Source: Candidatus Aenigmatarchaeota archaeon (lineage in GTDB: Archaea > Aenigmatarchaeota > Aenigmatarchaeia > QMZP01 > QMZT01). From it: a stretch of 47,570 bases of DNA. The translations under genes were made by a program, and so were the position numbers. Below are positions 35,530 through 44,500 of the stretch, one piece after another. Location: the NCBI GenBank assembly GCA_003663325.1, contig QMZT01000003.1, positions 1 to 47,570 of the forward strand, written 5' to 3'. The stretch's first letter is position 1. The number at the start of each line of letters is the position of its first letter. The notes beneath the pieces are model-generated. The model had not been told where the DNA came from. It did no database searches and saw only the letters and a list, made by a program, of their open reading frames with translations.

Positions 35530-36978
35530 ATGATATTTATGAGAGCGGGAAATGTCCTATTGGTGCTGATAGTATTTGCGTTGCTGTGTTTTCCTGTGAG
35601 GGCTGCGGAGACCACATGCATTGTCTATTTTACTGGAATAGGATGTCCTCACTGTGCAAAGACAGACCCTGTTATATTCGAGCAAATTCTGAAGGAATAT
35701 CCCGATGTTGTTGTCATAGAATACGAGATATACCAGAGCAGAGAAAATGCTCCGTTAATGAGCGAATACAACACCCACTATAACTCCGGCTTTGGGATTC
35801 CCCTCGTTATATTCAATAAAGGTGAACACATAATAGGTGACATTCCGATACTTCAGAATATAAGAAGTAAAATAGAGTCGATGAAGGGAAATCCGTGCCC
35901 GCTCATAGACGGTTCCTCGATCCCTTTTGAGAGCCTTGATATAACCTCTCTTCCGGGAAGGCCAAAGATATGGAAGGGTGAAAGGGTTATAACACTTGTA
36001 GGAGAAAAAAACCTGAACGATATCATGGTGAAGGGACTTTTGGAAAACAATCTTTCCGAGGTCTTTGCGAACACGGAATTCGAGACCATAGAGCCCGAGG
36101 ATGTTGCCCTTTCTGGCAAGAGCCTGAAATTCGATAATGCAGTAAAGATAGATGGCTGGGTTATTCAGTGGAATGGAAATCCCCTGGAACATGCAGATAC
36201 CAGTACAGAGCAGGAACCGGAGGAGAATCAAACCAAAGAACAGATAGATGAGCATCAAAACCAGAGAGGTAGTGAGCCTATTCAAGACCTGACCATAGCA
36301 AAGATACTCTCCTTGGCTGTTGTGGATTCAATCAACCCGTGTGCTATAGCCGTTTTAACGCTGATGTTAATAGCGATAATGACATACTCTCCGGAGAGGA
36401 AAAGAAACGTTCTCCTTGCAGGCATATCCTTTATCACATCGGTCTACATAATCTATATGTTTTACGGGCTTGTGATAATAAGATTTTTCCAGATAATTCA
36501 GGCCCTCACCTCTGTAAGGCTTCTCCTTTACAAGGTTCTGGGTATAGCTGCGATAATCCTCGGCGTGCTCAACATAAAGGACTTCCTCAGATACAAACCC
36601 GGGGGTATCCTGACAGAAATGCCATTGAGCCTCAGACCCAAGGTTAAAAAAATAATAAGCGGTGTTACAAGCCCCAGAGGGGCTTTTGCTGTGGGGGCAT
36701 TTGTCAGCGTTTTCCTTCTGCCCTGCACAATCGGTCCATATATCATAGCAGGGGGAATACTCTCAGCAATTGAGCTTCTGAAGACCATTCCATGGTTGCT
36801 AATTTATAATATCATCTTTGTGTTCCCCATGGTTTGCATCACCTTTCTGGTCTATGCTGGAATCTCAACGGTGGAAAATGTTTCTGAGTGGAAGGAAAAA
36901 AACATAAAAAAACTCCACCTCATAGCTGGCTTTATAATGTTTTTACTCGGGATAGCAATGGTTTTCGGGCTTGTTTGA
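35530..36978 (+). CDS. Exported thioredoxin-like (CPHC) domain fused to a CcdA/DsbD-type transmembrane domain
   Basis: Signal peptide, YFTGIGCPHCAK, cis-Pro loop GIPLV, then six TM helices with VDSINPCAI and LPCTIGPY. Confidence 0.88.
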   Translation: MIFMRAGNVLLVLIVFALLCFPVRAAETTCIVYFTGIGCPHCAKTDPVIFEQILKEYPDVVVIEYEIYQSRENAPLMSEYNTHYNSGFGIPLVIFNKGEHIIGDIPILQNIRSKIESMKGNPCPLIDGSSIPFESLDITSLPGRPKIWKGERVITLVGEKNLNDIMVKGLLENNLSEVFANTEFETIEPEDVALSGKSLKFDNAVKIDGWVIQWNGNPLEHADTSTEQEPEENQTKEQIDEHQNQRGSEPIQDLTIAKILSLAVVDSINPCAIAVLTLMLIAIMTYSPERKRNVLLAGISFITSVYIIYMFYGLVIIRFFQIIQALTSVRLLLYKVLGIAAIILGVLNIKDFLRYKPGGILTEMPLSLRPKVKKIISGVTSPRGAFAVGAFVSVFLLPCTIGPYIIAGGILSAIELLKTIPWLLIYNIIFVFPMVCITFLVYAGISTVENVSEWKEKNIKKLHLIAGFIMFLLGIAMVFGLV

Positions 36979-37009
36979 GTTCATGTCCAATTATGGTGGT
37001 AAATCTTAA

Positions 37010-37882
37010 TTAATCTTTAAAAATAGTTATATAATCAAATTGTTCCACGAGCTCTCTAATTGCTCTTGCATTCTTTTTTAGGTATTGCTTATAACCTTTA
37101 CTTAGCCATTTTTCATTCCCGAAGGTTGTGAAAAATTCCTCTAAGCTGTATATCTTTGAAAATTTATGTTTATCCATGCCACTATTTTTGTAAAGCTCAA
37201 CAAGCTCGGCTTGCGTTACGGGGGAGACAAATCTTAGCTTGGTATTGATTCCTAACAATTTTGCTATTTTACCCCTCTCATATCTTGTATTGTTTTTTCT
37301 CAGCACACGCTCAATCTCATCAAAATCTATAGTATATTCCTCATGACCAAATACGCTTATTCTCTTTGCCTTGCCTCCAACCTCTATAAAAACAGCCTTT
37401 CCGTTTTTCCTTAACAGCCTGATACATTCCCTTATTGCCTTGATTGCGCCATCATTTATCATTTTTCCATTAACTCTCTTTATGGGCAAATCAGCAAGCA
37501 CCTCATTACATATAATAAGATCTATACTTCCCTTTTTGAACGGTAATAGCATAGCATCCCCAATCACACTCATGCCATTTACCCTTTTCTTAACATGCTT
37601 TATTAGGTCTTTTGATATATCCAAGAATACATAGTGTTTCACTTTACCTTGGGCATGTTCCATAAACTTTATTGCAAGGTCTCCCAAACCTGGACCTATT
37701 TCAAGGACATAGTCCGTGTTGTTTTTTACTACAGCTCTTGCAATAGCCGCTCCATATGGTAAGCCAGCCTCTATAAATTCATTTCTATCTCTTAAAAGAT
37801 GTGAAAGAGTAAGCTCATCGAGCATAAAATATCTTGCCTTCTTGCCGTATTTGTAAAACTCTCTGGTTGCATGCTCTTTCAT
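37010..37882 (-). CDS. Class I SAM-dependent methyltransferase
   Basis: Motif I VLEIGPGLG, FLDIS, GDA..LPF, DLIICNEVLADLP. Confidence 0.85.
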   Translation of the reverse strand: MKEHATREFYKYGKKARYFMLDELTLSHLLRDRNEFIEAGLPYGAAIARAVVKNNTDYVLEIGPGLGDLAIKFMEHAQGKVKHYVFLDISKDLIKHVKKRVNGMSVIGDAMLLPFKKGSIDLIICNEVLADLPIKRVNGKMINDGAIKAIRECIRLLRKNGKAVFIEVGGKAKRISVFGHEEYTIDFDEIERVLRKNNTRYERGKIAKLLGINTKLRFVSPVTQAELVELYKNSGMDKHKFSKIYSLEEFFTTFGNEKWLSKGYKQYLKKNARAIRELVEQFDYITIFKD

Positions 37883-37894
37883 ATTTACTCTATC

Positions 37895-40800
37895 TTATAA
37901 ATAATTTTCTTTGCACTTCCCTGCTATATAAAGGTTGCCATTGCTATCTATATATGCAACAACCTCCCCCTCTCTATTTTCTATTATAAAGTTCCCTCTT
38001 CTTGCTTTTGCAGCGGCTAGAGCAGCTTTATTGATGTTTGTTTGGAGACTCCCGCTCAAGTATACATTCCCTGAGCTATCAACCAATGCAACACTCCTGC
38101 CCATTTCATCTTCTATAACGAAATCATTGCCATCGGCAGCAGGCATGATTGGTTGGTGTTCATTTACATTACCTTTTATGAACATATTCCCAATATTATC
38201 TATTATAAAGATAGTATCTCCGTTTTCATTCTCTATACCGAAATATGGTGGTTGTATCTCTATGGGGATTGATGGTGATTGTGTGGCATACGTTGCTAAG
38301 CTATAATCAAACTTTTCCACCATTCCAGAGCCGTGGAAGTAGATGGTTGCGTTGTTATCAAACTCCATTGCAACGAGCCTGCCTTCATAATTATATAGAT
38401 ATCTTGCAACCTTCCCGTTAGGCAGTACAACCTTCTTTAGCTTGCCAGCCTCATCATAAAAGTAGTACGTTACTCCCCCAGTACTTTTATCCTTCCTTCT
38501 TATCATATTTCCAGCCTTATCATATTCATAGATATATCTGGCATCTTCAGCGAGCCTGCTCGTTTCCCCCTTGCTCCCAGGCATGCTTACGCTCCCATCT
38601 GTGTTGTAATATCTGTATTCCTGTGTTTGCTCCCCGATCACATACCTTAATCTATTGCCTGTTTTATCGTATTCGTAACTTATATCCCCAATCCCAAGAT
38701 AGTACCCGTTGTTCTCTACCGATACCAGTCTATTGTACGGGTCATAGACGAGATTCATATCTTGTCCAGGTCCCACCGAAATCCTTTTCACATTCCCATT
38801 CTTATAGTACTCATAATATTCATTGAAAACCTTATTGCCAGAGGGATTAACACTTTCTACGGATTTTATCCAACCCCTTGGGTAGTATTCATAACTCGTT
38901 ACCACACCGTTCCCCATTGTAATCTTTTTGAACGCATTCGTTGGTGTATATTCAAAGGCTGCTATCGGCACAAAACGGATAAATACCGAATTAACCTGCA
39001 TCTTATCGTTTATTCCAAATTGTATGTACCTTCCGCTTGGATACCTAATAGCTATTATATTATCCCCAAAATCATAGAAATATTCCACATCAAATATGTT
39101 ATTTTCAAACTCCGTCATATTTACATAGTAAAGCTGTACATCATCAAGATAAAGCTCACCGCCACTAGCCCCTGTACCAATATACAATTCCATTTTTACA
39201 GCATTATCTGGAGCCTTAAATACATAATAGTATCTTTCATACCTTGCTGTGGTAGAGGTACTACCGGAATAGAAGCAGTTACCACCACAGCCATCACTCC
39301 AGCTATAGCCCAAGCTATCTATACTAACGCTGGCAGGCTGTATCAAGTTACCATCTTTATCATAAAACTTTAAGGCAATCCCTAAATCTGAATTGGCAGG
39401 GGATTTCGCATACGCTGATACAGCGTAGATTTCATTTCCATAAATTGGCAGTGTTTGCATAATGTATTCATAAGGTGAAGCATCAGTTATTTTGAGGGCT
39501 TTGTCTCCAGAATGAGCATCGCTGGTATAGCTTACACTACCGAAAGTTGTCCACATCCACCCCTCTTTCTCAAATCCACCATTGATCACAAAGCTTTTTC
39601 TAACAAGCTGTACCTCATCTATATACAACTCCTCATTGCCACCAGCATTTCCTATACCTATCCCAATCTCCACCGTTTTTGCTCCTGTTGGGGCCCTGAA
39701 GAAAAATAGATAGGGTTTGTAAATCTCCGCAGTCTTTATATTGCCAGAGTAAAAGCAGCCTCCACCACAACCAACACTCCAAACACTTTGGAACGCATCT
39801 ATTGCATTATCTGAAGGTGTTATTCTCCTTTCATTGCTATCATAAAATGTTAATGTAACACCAAGATTTGATGAGGTTGGTGACTTTGCGTATAAAGATA
39901 AAAGATAGACCTCATTCTCCTCAATGGGAAGCAGTTGATAGATGTATACATATTCCTCCCCCTCTTTTACAGAAATACTTACAGCCTTACCACCAGAGTG
40001 TGAATCTGTTACGATGCTTGCCTGAGTTGGCATATTCCATAACCACTTACCTCTTTCAAACCCACCATTCAATATGAGGTTTCTTCCTCTTATAGCACTT
40101 ATCTTCTTCTTTATCCTTCCCCTTATATCATACTCTATTCTCGTTGCCCCAGATTCATCGCGCACCTCACAAAGCCTGCCCTTGCCATTCTTACATTCCT
40201 CCCCATTTGCATACGTATCGTAGAAGTATGTAGTATCGAATGATCTCGGATAATCAATCTTTTTTATCCTGTTAGCTCTGTCATAGTAATACACCACCTT
40301 ATCTCCATTTGCATTTGTTATACTTTTCCTTAGATCATTCCTATAGTACTCATACTCTATTGTTCCAAGATCAGGATCACTAACGTTTTTTACCTTCCCA
40401 GATGGATCATAGCTGAGCTTGGTTACCCTCCCTTCCGCATCCCTGAATTCCTCTATCTGGCCAAGCACATTGTATTTGTATGTGGTTACCGCCTCAAACC
40501 TATTACCACCACAGCTCTGCCCAGGATCCACTATTTTACCAGCAAGCGAACAGCTATCAGGACATACGCAAGCCTCGCTTCCCTTATTTTCACCGCAAGT
40601 TGCGCATTGATCAGTAACAGGAAGAAAACCCGGTATTTCACGAAACATGACATATTTTTTCTTGCACCCAAGAGCTATGCAACCATCTATATCATAGCAT
40701 GTATCAATACAATCCTCAAGAAAACTTTTTATTCCATCCCCTGAGATTATGATTTTGCCTAGTATTTCGCTCTCAAAACATTTTTTACTACATTTTGCAG

Positions 40801-41506
40801 GAGCAGAGGCAACACAGAAAGGATCACATTTTTTAAATAGACTGCTATAATATGGATCACACTCATGCCTCCCACAGTAACAGGGTTCGGTTTCACAGTC
40901 CTCATAATAGCAAGAATAACGGCAAATATCATACATACAGTTATCAAAACAATTCTTCGCATCTGATCCAAAACTCTTTCTTTCATGCAAAATATTAGAT
41001 TTACTGTAAAGAGTAGTTGTTTTAACATTCTTTATCCTTATTCTTGGATATCTTGGATACTCTCCACAAATATATGAAAATGTCATATTTGTGGGTTCTA
41101 CTTGCAATAAAGAGAGGTATTCATAAGGTTTTAATTCACCCTCACCGGTGAATCCACCGATACTATAGTTACACAACAACTTGAACATTACATTCTTTAT
41201 AACTGTCGATATTTTACCACATCCAATAGAATCGCATTGAATATCTGAGCTTAGGCAATCCTCAGGACAATTTTGTGTATTTTCATCTTTATCTTCTTCG
41301 CACAAACCATTTCCACAATGGTGAAGACATTCACAATTTACTCCAGACTTATGTACCTCGTACCCTTCTGGGCAGGTATAATCTGGGTATGAGCCTTCAC
41401 ATTTCAACACCTCTGGATATTCTGCTGTCTCGGCAGAAAGAGCCGAGTATGAAAACAACACCAAAAATACTATTACTATTCCCATCGTTAGCTTTATTCT
41501 TTCCAT
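37895..41506 (-). CDS. Secreted RHS/YD-repeat protein (C-terminal half of the shell) with Cys-rich N-terminus, two CBM4/9-like inserts and a triple-repeat tail
   Basis: Signal peptide; DPDLGTIEYEY, YDRANRI, GRLCEVRDESG, YDKTGNR, YDKAGNM, YDEAGKL YD repeats; two NGGFE...DxVQL modules. Confidence 0.88.
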   Translation of the reverse strand: MERIKLTMGIVIVFLVLFSYSALSAETAEYPEVLKCEGSYPDYTCPEGYEVHKSGVNCECLHHCGNGLCEEDKDENTQNCPEDCLSSDIQCDSIGCGKISTVIKNVMFKLLCNYSIGGFTGEGELKPYEYLSLLQVEPTNMTFSYICGEYPRYPRIRIKNVKTTTLYSKSNILHERKSFGSDAKNCFDNCMYDICRYSCYYEDCETEPCYCGRHECDPYYSSLFKKCDPFCVASAPAKCSKKCFESEILGKIIISGDGIKSFLEDCIDTCYDIDGCIALGCKKKYVMFREIPGFLPVTDQCATCGENKGSEACVCPDSCSLAGKIVDPGQSCGGNRFEAVTTYKYNVLGQIEEFRDAEGRVTKLSYDPSGKVKNVSDPDLGTIEYEYYRNDLRKSITNANGDKVVYYYDRANRIKKIDYPRSFDTTYFYDTYANGEECKNGKGRLCEVRDESGATRIEYDIRGRIKKKISAIRGRNLILNGGFERGKWLWNMPTQASIVTDSHSGGKAVSISVKEGEEYVYIYQLLPIEENEVYLLSLYAKSPTSSNLGVTLTFYDSNERRITPSDNAIDAFQSVWSVGCGGGCFYSGNIKTAEIYKPYLFFFRAPTGAKTVEIGIGIGNAGGNEELYIDEVQLVRKSFVINGGFEKEGWMWTTFGSVSYTSDAHSGDKALKITDASPYEYIMQTLPIYGNEIYAVSAYAKSPANSDLGIALKFYDKDGNLIQPASVSIDSLGYSWSDGCGGNCFYSGSTSTTARYERYYYVFKAPDNAVKMELYIGTGASGGELYLDDVQLYYVNMTEFENNIFDVEYFYDFGDNIIAIRYPSGRYIQFGINDKMQVNSVFIRFVPIAAFEYTPTNAFKKITMGNGVVTSYEYYPRGWIKSVESVNPSGNKVFNEYYEYYKNGNVKRISVGPGQDMNLVYDPYNRLVSVENNGYYLGIGDISYEYDKTGNRLRYVIGEQTQEYRYYNTDGSVSMPGSKGETSRLAEDARYIYEYDKAGNMIRRKDKSTGGVTYYFYDEAGKLKKVVLPNGKVARYLYNYEGRLVAMEFDNNATIYFHGSGMVEKFDYSLATYATQSPSIPIEIQPPYFGIENENGDTIFIIDNIGNMFIKGNVNEHQPIMPAADGNDFVIEDEMGRSVALVDSSGNVYLSGSLQTNINKAALAAAKARRGNFIIENREGEVVAYIDSNGNLYIAGKCKENYL
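37898..38251 (-). repeat. Three ~40-aa protein repeats at the C-terminus of the RHS gene
   Basis: FGIENENGDTIFIIDNIGNMFIKG / FVIEDEMGRSVALVDSSGNVYLSG / FIIENREGEVVAYIDSNGNLYIAG. Confidence 0.85.
39125..40085 (-). repeat. Tandem duplication of a ~155-aa carbohydrate-binding-like module inside the RHS gene
   Basis: Both copies share NGGFE..W.W, DxHSGxKA, YIxQxLPIxxNExY, YAKSP..S.LG..L.FYD, CGGxCFYSG, FxAP..A, ELY.DxVQL. Confidence 0.85.
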
Positions 41507-44500
41507 CTTCCTTCCTCCACCTTTACGAGTCTGGTTAGTTTATCAAACAAATGCCTTATTTGATTTCCTTCCTCATCCTCTGTTGTTACATAAAGCATGC
41601 CATCCTTTATACCATAATAGTACTTGATAGTTCCTAGCAGATTTCCATCTTTATCATAGGTCTTTGCAGCCTTTAGCCTCGCAAGTGGATTTGGATAATA
41701 CTCATACTCTATATATGCCCCCCTTCCCTCTTCCTCAAAATATGGCTTATACCTTCTCTTTATCAATCCCCTGCTTCCGAGAATAACATCATAGCTAACA
41801 ATATTACCATCACTGCTATGCACAACGGATTTTATCTTTCTGTTTAATCCATCATAGTATACCCTTTCTGTATAATACCTTGTGTTGTCTATCTTTTTCT
41901 TAAGGGTTAAAGATATTGGAAATTCCCCATCTGGGTTAAAGGTATACTCATATATTAGCGATGGCTTGCTTGTATCGTCACCAGGGAACCATACCTTGCT
42001 AAGTCTCCAAAAGTTATCATATTCGTACCTTGTTTCCTGTCCATTTTCATTTATTAATTTTATTGGCAATAAAGAAGTTCCATCATATACCTTTTGCCAT
42101 GCAGGCTCTGCTTCGCTTCCATACTCATCATTCCACCCTTTGATGGGCATTACACCATATTCATTATCATACCTTGTATACTCAGATTTTCCCTCACCAT
42201 CTGTTGATTTTATAATATTTCCATAGCTATCATATTCAAGTGTTTTCTTCACCACATATTCATCGCCTGCATCTATCTTTCCATTTTTATTCGTATCATA
42301 CCATTGCTTGATTTTGTAAGGATATATCCTGCCACCAAAGGATTTATACTCCGTTACCATGCTCTTTAATGCTTTCCATTTTTCAAAAGGATCGAGAGCC
42401 TCTTCTTCTCCAATTGTATAGCTCGGCCTCGCCTCAACCTTTTCTAGCCTGTCCGCAGTACCACCACTTCCACGCACCAAAACTTCCTTTTTCACAATTT
42501 TTCTCGTGTACAGCTTATCCAAACCCTTGCTAACATCTGTTATCTGCAAATAAGCATAATCTTTGCCATTATGTCCTCTGCCTGCGAATATAAATCTACC
42601 TTCTGGTATAATTGCCTTGTACTTTTTAGGATTGCTATGACTACCAGTTCCATCGCAATCTCCCACATTACCACCAATAATATATGTTACGTTAGTAGAA
42701 TATATCGCTGTCCATGCCTCATCATCATCTGCAATAGTAGAAAATATAAGCTCAAACTCATTAGGCGCTACGAATTCTTTCCTTACAAACCATACAAACC
42801 ATGTTGCTTCCCCCTCATCGACATAATCAGTAGATATATCTACACCCCTACCCTTCCAATTATAGCCAGAAGGCTTTTCAAAACTTGTTAAAGCTGAATC
42901 TTCTAGTTTTGTCTTGCATCCCCCACTAGGTAGTGTTGCATCCCATCCTTGCTTGAAATTATCAAAGCTTCCAACTTTATCAAATACCTGCGTTCCGTCA
43001 GAGGCGGAGCTTGCCTTTCTATTTCCGTAATATACATAGATTTTTGTTTCGCCGTTAGCAGGTATATGTGGCACTCTTACCCAGAACTTCCCATAGGATT
43101 CCATCCAGTACGGCAATTCTTTACCTTGCTCGTCTGTAAATCTTATATCAGCATAGTTTGGTTTAAGCTTTGCCTCAAACCGCTGTCGTATTTCTTCTTG
43201 GGTTAGCTCCCTTTTGTATATTTTTACCTCATCTATAGAGCCATTATAATCTTTAATATACTTTCTAGGATCTTTACCTATTACCAAAGATGCTTCTCCT
43301 GCGCCCACATCTTCCAATAAATTACCCGTCTCAACATCTCTCGAACCTACAAAATTTCCATCAATATATAATTTTACTTTTCTTGTGGATTTATTATAAG
43401 TACCTACAACATGGTGCCATTTATTTAAGGTTATAGGAGCTGTAACACCATAAAAAAAATGCTGAGTTCCACGAGATGTTTCTGTTTCTGTTGTTACACC
43501 AAACATCAATTCGGAGTATCGTGTAATATATACTTTATATATGAAAAGATCTTCTTCTTTACTCTTTTTACCAAGGATAAAGATATAAGAAAACGTGCCT
43601 TCGTTATAAGAATTTGGTTTGATCCACATCTCCACACTTAAACCATCGTAATTGCTTACATTCAAACTATCTGAATATGGAATTTCAAGATGCCCATTAC
43701 CTTCAAATAACAATGCAGAATTAAACACACCCTCAACGGTTTTTACGTTATTAACTATTGTACCATCATTCATAAATCCACTTGAATCGTATACCTTCCC
43801 TTCTTTTATTTTCTCGAAACTCCATGCACCAACCAAACCCGTTTCATCATATACGGGGTTTTCTATGAGTAATTGATAATTATCTAAATCCTCTTCGAGA
43901 CCTGTAATTGCTATTGGTCTTCTATAATTCATATTTAACATAAGATAATGCCCAACACCATTATCATCCTCTATGCAAAAGTCCAGCTCTTTTGATGGTG
44001 TAGTGCTACACTCACCATCGATATACATTCTACAATACCCATTTATACACCCACAATTATGCGGACATATATTGCTCTCGTACACATTTCTATCAACTTC
44101 GTATGTTGTTGCGTTGCTAATTGGTGATATTATATGCTTAGAAAGCATTTCAGGATAGTAGTTATATACATAATCCATGGTAGATACCTTGAACTTATCA
44201 TTACCCTCTTCTATTATAAACCTGGGCAAGCCAGTAAACTCATCGTATCCAGAATATTTATGTATCTTTACCATATCTCTACCGTCATAAATTGTTGTAA
44301 TCATGGATCTCATTCTAGACCAACCAGAAGAAAAGCCATCAAGATAGTCTCCATCCTTTGTCCCAATTTTTGCACCCGCTAGCTCACCACCGCCGTAATA
44401 AACCTTGAAGTGTTCTTTCATTTCGTATTTCCTTTCAAACGTCATAAGAAGTCCGTCCAACCCTTCACTCTTGTTACTACTATAATACTCAACTTTATAA

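Noticed and set aside
38762-39373. 203-aa plus-strand ORF, and the many other short antisense or alternative-frame ORFs in the track
   Set aside because: They lie fully inside well-supported genes, have shadow-like composition and show no recognisable motifs.
37895-41506. Classical RHS toxin with downstream immunity gene
   Set aside because: No PxxxxDPxG core and no variable toxin domain; the next gene is a SAM methyltransferase.
41494-41520. Programmed frameshift or sequencing error joining the two RHS genes into one chain
   Set aside because: No canonical slippery heptamer. The downstream gene has its own SD, ATG and a clear signal peptide, which makes no sense in the middle of a fused chain. 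Read mapping is still needed to exclude an assembly issue.
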